DNA of 32,903 bases, taken from NCBI RefSeq assembly GCF_001194135.2, contig NC_068990.1, positions 35,656,760 to 35,689,662 of the forward strand, in the 5' to 3' direction. Positions within the stretch are counted from its first letter, which is position 1, and the number at the start of each line of letters is the position of its first letter. Below are positions 1 through 10,384 of the stretch, piece by piece. Origin of the DNA: Octopus bimaculoides. Lineage: Eukaryota. A program made the position numbers and the translations under genes. The notes beneath the pieces were generated by a model. That model ran no database searches. It saw only the letters and a list, made by a program, of their open reading frames with translations, and was not told the origin of the DNA.

Positions 1-30
<30 letters not shown>
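1..30. repeat. (TA)n microsatellite
   Basis: Direct: pure TA dinucleotide run at the window start. Confidence 0.97.
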
Positions 31-33
<3 letters not shown>

Positions 34-232
34 CGTTAAACGCAGGTGTTATTCAAATTCTTTTACTTTCGACAGATGTCTCCAAGATATCACTGGTATT
101 ATATCAAACGAATAAAATGGTGCAAGACAATGTAATCTTATCTTCAGCAAATGAAGAAATGAAACTCGTCAATAAGACATTTTAACAGAATGTCATGGAT
201 ATGTATAATGATTAAGAAGGGAAAAAATACAC

Positions 233-237
233 ACATC

Positions 238-278
<41 letters not shown>

Positions 279-312
279 ATGTGTGTGTGTGTGGGTGTGT
301 GTGTGTATTATA
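233..312. repeat. Compound (TA)n(TG)n microsatellite
   Basis: Direct; it explains the spurious 257..589 ORF. Confidence 0.95.
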
Positions 313-540
313 TGTAGGAATATATGTGATATGTGAGTCTGTGTGCGTGAATATGTCTATATCCATCTATGTATACATGCTTATGTGCGTTTGTGCTTGT
401 GGTGTTCCTGTAAGTTCGTGTAGTTTTTTGTTGGTACAGGCCTTTCTATATACAACGGAATTCTCTGAGACATGCAGCCATATAGTGAAGCATATCAACA
501 GACGTTCGTATAAGTATGAATGTATATATATATATATATG

Positions 541-700
541 TACATTATTTACATTATTTACATTTGACGGACATTTGTCCTGTTGTTAGCACAACGTTTC
601 GGCTGATATACCCTCCAGCCTTCATCAGGTGACTTGGGGAAATTTCGAACCTGGGTTCTCATTCCTTAGGTATTTTTTTGAAGTTATTATTACTTTATGT
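541..700 (-). mobile_element. Penelope-like terminal-repeat fragment (CTGATGAAGGC...GCCGAAACGTT type) with short tandem tail
   Basis: Minus strand reads ...CCCCAAGTCAC-CTGATGA-AGGCTG-GAGGGTATAT-CAGCC-GAAA-CGTTGTG...GTCAAATGTAAATAATGTAAATAATGTA. The CTGATGA/stem/GAAAC signature plus a tandem tail is typical of Penelope-like element terminal repeats. Confidence 0.7.
588..634 (-). ncRNA. Minimal type I hammerhead ribozyme motif
   Basis: CUGAUGA (628-622), extra A (621), stem II GGCUG/CAGCC (620-616 with 605-601), GAAA (600-597), loopless palindromic stem III AC/GU, GUU cleavage triplet (595-593), stem I CAC/GUG (631-629 with 592-590). Confidence 0.7.
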
Positions 701-714
701 TTGACTTTTGTTTT

Positions 715-1115
715 GCATTTGTACAAGTTGGATCCAAGTCTCACCCAGAGACCTCAAGAGACAACAAGTTAGAAGTTCATGTAGGTGTTATGCCTAGGGT
801 ACCATATATTTGGATTTGTACAGTTTTGTTCAAGTGAATGTTTAAGAAACCATAAGAAAATTATGTGTTTGCTTTAAAATTTGAGATCACATAGACAGTA
901 TTTTACGTAGGATATGGGCAGTTCCCATGAGCACTATTTTTTGAACTTCAGCCATTTTGGGGTTTCCTGGAATCTGATCTAGGTAGTAATCAGCCCGTTT
1001 CGCTGTTATTCCCAGGGCACCTATGACAATAGGTATTGTTTTCGTCTTCAGATTCCACATTTTGCTAATTTCTATTTCAAGATCTTTATATTTGCTCAGT
1101 TTTTGGTAGGTCTTA
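715..1115 (-). mobile_element. RLE-bearing non-LTR retrotransposon 3' end (R4/Dong-like), 5'-truncated
   Basis: ORF 887..1156(-) contains KLSKYKDLEIEISKMWNLKTKTIPIVIGALG...VQKIVLMGTAHILRKILSM*, the typical C-terminus after the restriction-like endonuclease. About 170 nt of 3'UTR follows. Confidence 0.85.
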
Positions 1116-1124
1116 ACTGGCCGC

Positions 1125-1521
1125 CTAGTTATTAGCATGTTGGTGGAGGAAACCACCTAGCATTGTTTATTATCCTTCAAAGCTTAAGAAGGTCCTGTAG
1201 ATTTTTATAGTCCCACGTATCGTGATTATTTGTAGTTTATGAACCAAGGACGCGTGTTTCCACTGCAAGAACGCAAGTTCAGACATACTTTGCATCAGGC
1301 GTGTTGGTATGTTTCCTGTTGTTCCAATAATGTCGCGTATAAGACTGAAACTGTATCTTGGGTACTGGAGGTGCATCCTCCACATCAGCTATCCATGGAT
1401 TTCCTCTTTCTCTGCTAGTTTTGTTATCACATTCGTACCTAAAGGGTAACTGATTTCTCGAAGAGAAATTAAATTTCCTTGTAGTCCCACGCAAAATATC
1501 TGGCTGTTTGTGTTTTAACAT
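1125..1521 (-). mobile_element. Second, different RLE-type non-LTR retrotransposon 3' end (degenerate)
   Basis: Frame-joined translation KHKQPDIL...EISYPLGTNVITKLAEKEEIHG*LMWRMHLQYPRYSFSLIRDIIGTTGNIP...LQIITIRGTIKIYRTFLSF matches the PD-x-EIxxP-x-EK RLE motif and the PIIIGALG-like motif. It carries stops and frameshifts. Confidence 0.75.
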
Positions 1522-1565
1522 TCGATTGTGTTATTTTTTAAGTTTCACCATTACTATGTTTCTAG

Positions 1566-1686
1566 AAGCGTGTGGACTAGTAGTCAGTGTGTTACACTCA
1601 CCAACGCCAAGTTGTGGGTTCGATTCCTGAGCTCTGCGGCATGTTCTGTTCTTAAGCAAAATACCTTGTTTCACGTTGCTCGAGTA
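1566..1686 (+). mobile_element. tRNA-derived SINE 5' portion
   Basis: A-box-like TGGACTAGTAGT (about 1573), B-box GGTTCGATTCC (1617-1627), then a CORE-like TTCTTAAGCAAAATACCTTGTTTCACGTTGCTC segment. Confidence 0.6.
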
Positions 1687-2082
1687 TTGTCTGGGGACCA
1701 GAATGGCAAAGTATAGACCGAACTTTTCCTCTGTATATCGTAAAAGGCTAATAGAACTGGTCGAGGTAGGTTTTATACTCCGGCCTCGGAAAACACTCAT
1801 CAGCAACGGACTACCCAAACACACCCATGGGTTGGAGGGTTGTTGCCTGACTGATACAAAAGTGTCATCTACTAGGATCAGGGAATGACCTACAAATGGT
1901 AGATACAACCAGGTGCTGTTAAAGCGTTTGCATGCCCCACCCCCATACAGCTGCTGTTACTCTTGCTGCTAGCGGTGTACGTCAAACATTATTGGAGAGT
2001 AGAAGTGTTGACTGATTCCCTGAAACATCGTGAAGGAGACAAGTCTCCGCAATGTCTTCATTCCACTAATAAGAAGGGTGAC

Positions 2083-2337
2083 ACAGACACACACACACAA
2101 ACTCATTCACACACACAGACCCATACACACACAACCGAACTCATACACACACATACAAACACATACATACACACACATACACACTTATGCATATAAACAT
2201 ATAATCACACTCATATACATATATATTTACATATATCCATGTATATGTGTGTATTTGTGCGTGCGCGTATGAGCACGTATGTATATATACAGCATTGTCC
2301 GGTGCATTTTATGTATGTGCGTGTGTGTGTGCGTGTG

Positions 2338-2383
<46 letters not shown>

Positions 2384-2420
2384 TGCGTGTGTGTATGTAT
2401 GTTTGTATATCTATTCGTGA
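2083..2420. repeat. Compound (CA)n/(TA)n/(TG)n/(GA)n microsatellite field
   Basis: Direct; source of several THTHT/VCVCV ORFs. Confidence 0.95.
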
Positions 2421-3599
2421 ATGTGTATATATGCATCCCCGTGTGTTCAAGGTACTATTAAAAAGAAGAGAGTTTCTAATAGGAAAATGAGGGCAAGTAG
2501 AATATGAAGCGGTGTTGACGTGGCATTTAAACGATGCATTTTACAACAAAACTGCTGATCGAATTCTAACACAATTCTCTTACGAGAGAAAACTGGGTGT
2601 GGCTTCTCGTTGCCATTCGTAAATGCACACCGTTGTAAATAGCGAATATTGGTTTAAACATATATGCTTTTATGCCATGCGATATTTTATTTGAGATTGG
2701 AAGTAAATTTCTAATCGATATGATTTTACACGTAGGCTATGCTTCAATCTAGCAATGTCTGTTCGTCCGTCATGATATATTCAATATCACGTCCGCATGA
2801 GTTTTATAGCTCAAAAGTGTATCAACTATTTCCCAATAAGTGCATTACTAATACGTCCCTGACGAAATTGAACTTCATAGCTGAATCGTTTCTGTAGTTG
2901 TTTGTAGTTTGGTGATGTGATTGGTGGGGAAGGGTTACTGATATTGACAGAAAGAAAATATGTAGCAGTAAAGATAGAGTTATGATCAATTTTCTATATT
3001 TTATGGTACTCTATTTCATGTGACTTTCAACTTCACCACAGACCATATCTTCAAAATGTATCAGCTTAATACACACACATACACACACACAAAGACACAC
3101 GTACTAATAAAATTATATGCTTACGTATACCGTTATGTCCTATGCTGCACACCACTGCTTCACGCAGAATTTAAAGATATAAATGATAAGGAATTTAGGC
3201 CGCTTTACACATACATTTTGATCGATAGCAAACAGTTAATTACTTTAAAGACGTACATATAGGAAATGATGTGAATCAATGACACTGGGGTTAACTTTAC
3301 ATGTATTCAGAGATTTAACTTATATGCTCTTTTGACACTTCGCAGATTGCGGCTAGATATTTGACGAATAGATATTGTTGTCGGCATCACCTGCAACTTC
3401 AGTTTGAAAGTATTCTTTAGTCTTTTTGATTCAATGTGTATATAGATCAATATTGCGTTTTGCCTTAGTGCGCAGTATTTCATGCCAATCGCAAATTAAA
3501 ACTGAAGTCTTGAAGAGCCTCACATATACGCATAAATATATCTGTATGCGTACTCAGGCACAGACACACATGTCTGTAGGAATACGTGTGTATATGCGT

Positions 3600-3622
3600 T
3601 TAAATAACTATATATATTCATA

Positions 3623-3691
<69 letters not shown>

Positions 3692-3712
3692 ATACATACA
3701 TATATATATATA

Positions 3713-3752
<40 letters not shown>

Positions 3753-3800
3753 TGCACACATACATTCATATGTGTGTGTGTTTGGGTGCGCGCGCGCGTA
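3600..3800. repeat. Compound (TA)n(TG)n(CA)n microsatellite
   Basis: Direct. Confidence 0.95.
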
Positions 3801-4089
3801 TGTGTGAGGATTGCTTCATCCTGTGAGATGATAGCCGTTTCATATTCAGCTTCATTGTTTTGATACGCTTTTAGCCCTGTCCGTGCGCAGATATGACTTC
3901 ACATGTTTCGACACAACCGTTGCCATGGAACTTTAAAAAATAACAAAAGCATCAAGAAATGAAATGATAATAAGCCAACCGTACGTCATCTGATTTAAAT
4001 GACAAAATCTAGTTCAATATTCTTGCCAGTCTCTTGGTCGCCATAGTAGATTCCAGTGTCAAGCATTGTAATATGACTAGTACAAATTT

Positions 4090-4212
4090 AACGCGCGCGC
4101 GCACAGATATGCATACATTCATATATACATACATGCATACATAGAAACGTACGTACATGAATACATTAATACATACATACATACATACATACATGTGCAT
4201 GTGTGAGTATGT
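4090..4212. repeat. (CG)n / (CATA)n simple repeats
   Basis: Direct; these flank the mariner TA target site. Confidence 0.9.
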
Positions 4213-4213
4213 A

Positions 4214-5000
4214 TGAGGTCTGATCAATAAGTATCCGGATTGTTGCCATCGTAACGAAGCTAAAACACACGGAGTAAAGCTGCTTGGTACAGATTAACCT
4301 TCAACTCTGCTTCGCATGCGCACTATGTTTTAAAGTCCTAGCATACTTCTGCTGTTTACAGCAGTGCTTGGAAGGAAGGTGTGCAGCGCATGATCGTCAC
4401 ATTGACCATGACAGCATATGTTCCTCACACTGACGATCACAATGACCATGACAGCGTATGATTGTCAGATTGACCATGACATTGACCATGATCGTCACAC
4501 TGACCATGACAGAGAAAGTTGAGCAGAGAATCTGCAGCAAATTTTGCCAAGAGCCTCGCGATACCTGCTCAGAGGCCTACCGGATGGTGGTTTCGGCGAG
4601 TTTTCCCTGCAGCTATACGTACATCTTCCGATGCTTTTCTCAGTACTGCTGGTTGCGGGTCTCAATATCGACATTTTTCGGCCATCTTAGGAACGTCTGA
4701 AACACTTATAGACTTGTGTATAGCTCATACACTCCTCTCCATCCACTTTCTGCAACTTTGTGTAGTCCTCTGAGCAGGTATCACCCATGACAACATTCTC
4801 TGTCATGGTCAATGCGACGATCACACGCTACACGCTTTCCTTCCAATCACTGCTGCAAACAGCGGATGTGAGCTAGAACGTTACATTTTAGTGTGCATCC
4901 ACAGCAGACTTCATGGTCAGTCTGTGCCAAGTGGCTTTACGGTGTGTACTTTAGCTTCATTACTATAGCTACAGTCCTGATACTTATTGATCAGACCTCG
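4214..5000. mobile_element. Non-autonomous Tc1/mariner fold-back element made of two inverted 5' ends
   Basis: TA|TGAGGTCTGATCAATAAGTATCCGGA at 4212-4239 and TCCTGATACTTATTGATCAGACCTCG|TA at 4975-5002 give TIRs plus a TA duplication. The left arm encodes MTEKVEQRICSKFCQEPRDTCSEAY (+). The right arm encodes MTENV-GDTCSEDYTKLQKVDGEECMSYTQVYKCFRRS*DGRK (-). Both are mariner transposase N-terminal HTH remnants. Confidence 0.9.
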
Positions 5001-6829
5001 TATATATGTAAGTATTCCTTGCGTTTGCATGGCTAATTGTAGATTTAATGTAGACTTCCTTATCAACCACTATAATGGCACTGCTTTTTGTAGCATGGTA
5101 CTTTTGCATATTACTTTGGTTGGTATTCCCATTATGCGTTAGCCTACTTCTTCACATCACTTGCACCAGATTTCCCGCCTGATTATTTCCTTTGTCTTGA
5201 GAGCTTACAATAAGGCATGCCGACAGCAATTGCTCCAGCCATGTCATTTTTGTTTTTAATAGTTTGCAGCTATGATAAATTTCATTATAAAATATTGTTC
5301 ATATTGAAGTGGCTCCTCTCAGTTGACAAACACTAAAAATTACCTTTTAGATAATGGAACATTGTTTTGTTCTTCTATATTTTCGAAAAGTGTATATATG
5401 ATATAAGATAATAAAAGTAGCCGCAACATGTAGTATGAAACCAGTTTAGCATCATCTGCTGACTAATCGAGTCTTTTAACAGAGTCCATTCTGTTGTAAT
5501 TATTCCGGACATGCCTTGCGTCTGTAGATAAATTCATGCCTTCCCCTCGTCAAACTTAATATTCCTGTAAAGTTTCAACGGCAGTGCCAATTCTACTCTT
5601 AGTCACTGGTAACAGTAACCAACTTACAGGGTCTCAATGGAAGTGCTATGTTTAATTTATGTCACAAAATATTAAAGATGTTGTATTCGGGGATCAGGTA
5701 GTAGCCTGTTCGTTGATGAAAACTGTTGTTTCGTACGTTGATCGGTTAGGTTTATAATTAATTGTATTCCACCGAATATCATTCCATTTGTTTAGTGTGC
5801 ATTTGTTTAAGTGCACATTATCTTAATTTTTCTTTTCTTTTTCTAACGGTGAGGTGTGTTTTAAGAGAGGTATTGCTGCTATATCTTGCAGTGTCAAGGA
5901 CCATATGTCATCTTTTCAGCTGATCTTTAGTTGCAAAAAGTGGTTAGGCAAGGCTTTACAATGAGCTGCCGAGTGTTTGGTGTGGTTTTCTAGTATGGGA
6001 AGGACTCAGATTGATTATAGTAGAAAAATGCAGAAATATCAAGTTGTAGTATTTGTTATAGATGCTGTAGATGTTGCTGCTTAATAGTCACGTTTGAGAA
6101 AGAACAGATAAAGCTTGATACTTCAGAAGACCATCTGTAGTGTATGTTATTCTCTTTGCAAAGGCTTGTGACTTACGTTCAGGTGTTACATTTAGTCATA
6201 AAGCGAAACAAAAAAAAGCGTACTTAAAATCGATAACATAATGAAGCAATTTGGTGGGTGGGAGTACACTATAGACAATCAAAACAACAAATCGAACCCA
6301 TCAATTGTAATAACCTTAAATACAAGAGGAAGAAACTTCGTACATGTGAACTACTTGCCATTGTAGGGTTCTACTGAGTTAATATTTTCCAATAGTTTGT
6401 TAAGATTTCATTGATAGAGTATATTATGCTTATATATATATTACTCTAGCACGTTCCAGATGTATGTGCTTAACAATATTTAGTCCTATTTCAAGTTAGA
6501 CGACCAGTGACAGTAAATAATCATGACTGAAGTATTTAGACGCATAGTGTCTAAATAAATAACAGGGTCTTACTTGAAAGTGTTATAAATGTTGGTATGC
6601 TTGAATTCAATATATGGAATGATGTTGCTTTTAACTTTAGAGGAATCTTCTTCAAATCGGAGTACGTTCATGGAAGGTATTTATACAATGTCTATTCTTC
6701 TAAGTTCAGGTTTCTTTAATATCATTACCATTCTTGCTTAACGCGGCGTTGGTTTTGCTTCCCATGGCTATCGTGCTGAATACCACATCATATCCGATAT
6801 GATGTAATACAAACTTTCACATCCTAATA

Positions 6830-7075
6830 GAGAAGGATGCTACTGCAAGTACACTTATGCTCTTAGCGAAAAACTGGACATGAAATTGCAGAAAACATCA
6901 AGGATAATAAGAGGCGTGCTTTCTTGCATGGCCTGCTGTGGTGAAACCTTTCGTGGTAGTTGCCATTTTAGAAAACGGTTATGCTACCCTAGTAATTTTT
7001 GTTTTAAAGATAGCATGGTGTTCTGTGAAGGAGATTTGTTTGCTCATTGTAGCAGGTTGATATACTATGTGAAAA
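6830..7075 (+). mobile_element. Possible highly degenerate RTE-like LINE C-terminal remnant
   Basis: YCKYTYALSEKLDMKLQKTSRIIRGVLS...DLFAHCSR loosely recalls YGCETWTLT...LD...RMLR...FAGHC-R; weak. Confidence 0.25.
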
Positions 7076-7504
7076 CACTCTCAATGCCTCAATGAAACTA
7101 GTGAAATCTGAAAGTAGAGTTAATTGACTCTTCTAATACTGGCCGTTGGCCTAGACAAGAAAGATCAATTATAAACACGCGAAATATCGTATGTAAAAGT
7201 ACTAAAGAGTTTAGCATCTGCAAGGTAGCAAAAACTTTGGTTTCTACTGAACGAGAGTCATTTACGTCAGAGCAGAGGGAAATACATCACTACATATTAA
7301 ATCCAGCTCGTTAGAGCATCGCGATAAAAGTATTCGCTTAATGTTTAATGAAATCCGTTTGGAAAGCAGCAAAGCAGATTATTCAATTATATACTTTTGT
7401 CTATTGGGCTTGTTATAATGTTCTTCAAATGGAAATGATCAAAGTGCTAAGCGACATTAAATCAGAACAACTAACACGTTATTGAAATAGCAAATTCCAC
7501 TTAG

Positions 7505-7679
7505 ACATCAACAGCTACAACAAAAATTTCAACAAAAGCAGATGAAACAGCAACAACAACAACAACAACAACAAAGCGATATTATCAACAACAACAACAA
7601 CAACAACAATACTAACCACAATATTATCAGGAATAATAATCGTAGCAGCAATATTAACAGCGCTCGAAACAACAGCTGA
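7505..7679 (+). CDS. Candidate terminal coding exon, polyQ/polyN low-complexity (alternatively just a CAA microsatellite)
   Basis: CTAAC at 7471 and CCACTTAG acceptor at 7504. The frame reads HQQLQQKFQQKQMK-Q9-SDII-N8-TNHNIIRNNNRSSNINSARNNS* (TGA 7677-7679), with AATAAA at 7901. No homology recognised. Confidence 0.25.
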
Positions 7680-8287
7680 CTGTATATATTGATACATGTA
7701 CTTTGTTGCTGTTATAGGAAAGCTAAACCTGCTTAATATTCTATATTCTATATTCCACCGACACTTAACAAATTCACATTAGCATTTTTTTCGTTGCATG
7801 TCCGCGTACATATTTCCTAGGAATGCACATATCTATATCTAAATAAGTACGTGTTTGTGTGTTTGTAAGTGTATGTTTGAGTATTATGAATGTATAAAAG
7901 AATAAACGATACAAATTAATAGAGTTGAAAGAAAACCCTCACTCTGCCTTTGAATTCCTTATTTTCTTTCCCTTTTACTATACGGCTATTTCTCTTTCTA
8001 TTTGCATACCAATTAATTAATATATATATAAGCTAGTTAGATATCTGTCTGTCTATATGTGATACACACCCAAACAATTATACCCACAGGAAGCAGTAAA
8101 TGAAGACAAGTTTTAAGAATATCAATTTTACCAATGCTTTATGTTATATAAGCGATATATAAGGGGCAGAGTTGATTTCGTAAAAAATACAACACTGCAA
8201 ATGTTTGAAGTATTCACAGTCAGGGAGTAGATAAGGATAACGTTACTGAATTCACTTTCAAGTACTGAAAAGGGAGAATATAGTGCG

Positions 8288-8337
8288 CTCGCACGCGCAC
8301 GCGCGCACAATTACACACAGACACAAACAGACAGACA

Positions 8338-8388
<51 letters not shown>

Positions 8389-8406
8389 ACACACACACAC
8401 ACACAC
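8288..8406. repeat. (CA)n / (GACA)n microsatellite
   Basis: Direct. Confidence 0.95.
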
Positions 8407-8571
8407 TTGCTGGCAAATTACAGGTTTGTTCTAAAACATAAGACGTTCAAATTCAAAATAAAGTACTGAATACTATAATAAGTATTTATATTCATATGTA
8501 TGTGTATGTGTGTTTGTTTTTTTTGTGTGTGTGTGTGTGCGTGTGTGTGTTTATCTAATAGCATGATATCA

Positions 8572-8784
8572 GTTTCAGGTTTTGGCACAAGGCTAGCAAT
8601 TTTGGGGTAGTGGGTAATTCGTTTAATTCGACCCCAATGCTCAATAAATACTTACTGTATCGGTGCCAAGAGGATAAAAGGCTACGTCGACCTCAGCGGA
8701 ATTCGAACCGAGACCATAAAGATGGTCGAAATACCGCTAAGCATTTGGCCTGGCGTACTCATGTTTCTGCTAGCTCTGCGCCTT
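8572..8784 (-). mobile_element. tRNA-derived SINE, diverged copy of the family also at 27.3-28.0 kb and 30.0 kb
   Basis: Aligns by eye along its length with the 27713-27928 and 29977-30184 copies (TTTGGCACAAGG...GACCCCA...GTCGACCTC-GCGGAATT-GAA...CGAAATAC-GCTAAGCATT). The tRNA-like head is on the minus strand. Confidence 0.85.
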
Positions 8785-9139
8785 GTAATGGCAAAATACT
8801 AAAAACTAGTCAGAGCTGCTAGAAAAAAAAAATGTGATGACTGGAATATTAGTTATATGCTTGAGAATTGAATGAGCATTCAGTGATTTACCATTTCAGG
8901 CAATAGTCGTTTTTTCATATAATAAAAAAGAAACATGGTACGGTAAAGTAGCATAGAAATACCATGGGGTTTTTACCTACCCTTCGTTAAAAGTGTTAGT
9001 TCAAATTTTGCTGAATTAAACTTTGCCGTTCATTCTTATGAAAGAGTTAAAGTAAGATAAGAGAGGAAACAGTAACTGTAGTTAAAATATTATTAATTAA
9101 AACGATTTATAAAGTAAAAGAAGAGTAATTTGAGAAAAG

Positions 9140-9460
9140 AAAATGGGTGGAATGTGAAGTGATAAAAACAATGGGTGATTGGGGAATATGAAGGATTGAG
9201 AAATGAAGTGAGGGAGAACATTTTAAAGTGTTTGCATGTCTGGAAGCGGGCATGAGGCGGGGTATTGTAGACGTACGTGTTGATACTATGTATATATGGT
9301 TATTGACGTGTATGAATAGATTTGGTGGCATTGGTGAGCGGGCGTGTGCGGAGACGTTGGTCTGTGTATAATATGTGGTGTGAAGGAGTACATGTGAGTC
9401 TGTCTCTGTTGTTAGATGCCAACACATTTCTTCAGGAACGCGTGTGAAGAGTGAATGGTG
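9140..9460 (-). mobile_element. Degenerate CR1/L2-like LINE 3' end
   Basis: HTRS*RNVLAS...RPLTNATKSIHTRQ*PYIHSI...F*NVLPHFISQSFIFPN recalls the CR1/L2 C-terminus (SHRRNVASL...RPL...TR...WN-LP...FP); heavily decayed. Confidence 0.4.
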
Positions 9461-9699
9461 TTATTTATGTGTATGTTTGTGCGTAAAGAAAAAAACGTTT
9501 GTCAGTGTTGACTAAATAAAGTGCGACTGTAAAACAGACAGAAGTTTTAATGTTGTCCGAGATGCTATAAATCCAAGTTGAGATGAAAAGTCCGACATTG
9601 CAAGCTAGTAAAAATTTATGTTAAGATTAAAAGTCTGAGAAAATAGTAAAAGCCTGAGAATTTAAAACATTGTAGATGCAAGAATTAAAAAAAAAAAAA

Positions 9700-10060
9700 G
9701 AAGAAAATTTGGCGCACGTGTGCTATTTGAACGCTGAAAATTTCGTACAGCTGGGTATGAAGTGGTTATGTTTGAGATGAGAGCTTGTTTAATGGAAAGG
9801 CAGCGGTAGATATGTATAGGCGGTGTATCGTGAGAGTTAAGTGGTTGTAGAATCAGAAGTGGTCAAACATCTAAGCGGAGAATGGAAAGGAAGGGGAGGA
9901 AGAGAGTATTCGATTTAAAACCGCGAATTGAGACAACTATTATCACAAGTGGATGTATGTGTGAGCCGGTATGTGTATGAGCGTATATGTAACTGTGTAC
10001 ACGGGGGTAGAGTGTACAAGTTTGTACGTGGAAGTTATAAATTAGAATATGTGAAGTGGG
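9700..10060 (-). mobile_element. Second degenerate CR1/L2-like LINE 3' fragment
   Basis: ILIYNFHVQTCTLY (cf. IYKAQVRP-MEY) and NHFIPSCTK-SAFK (cf. NSFIPRT-LWN...SFK); weak, multiple frameshifts. Confidence 0.35.
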
Positions 10061-10384
10061 AAATGGATGTTGTAGTTAAGATAGTAGGGAGAGGAGATCA
10101 TGGTAAAATAATGGACAGCATATAGGTACAAGTGTGTAATTTAGAAAGACACACACTGGTGAAATGTTATTGAATGTTAGGTAAATTGAAGGCGAGAATT
10201 TACACAAAAAGCCGTGTAAGTCTTTAGAAACAAAAGAAGGGCTTAGAGGAGAAAAAACGCTGAACGTGGAAACTGCGAAAGTTTTGGGCGCACTGAAATG
10301 AGGGAAAGACAGTGAGAGGAAACAAACAGGAAGCGACGGAATCATACTAAAAGGTGTGAAGAAGGAAATTAGGTTTTCTAGACC

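Noticed and set aside
1690-1960. Minus-strand YRGKVRSIL / LVDDTF, possibly a CR1-like RT remnant
   Set aside because: Too few conserved residues to support a call.
257-3863. Many 60-145 aa ORFs rich in VCVC/THTH/YIYI
   Set aside because: These are translations of dinucleotide microsatellites with no coding signal.
3919-3931. GTTGCCATGGAAC, resembling an RFX X-box
   Set aside because: Imperfect second half-site and no identifiable promoter or gene nearby.
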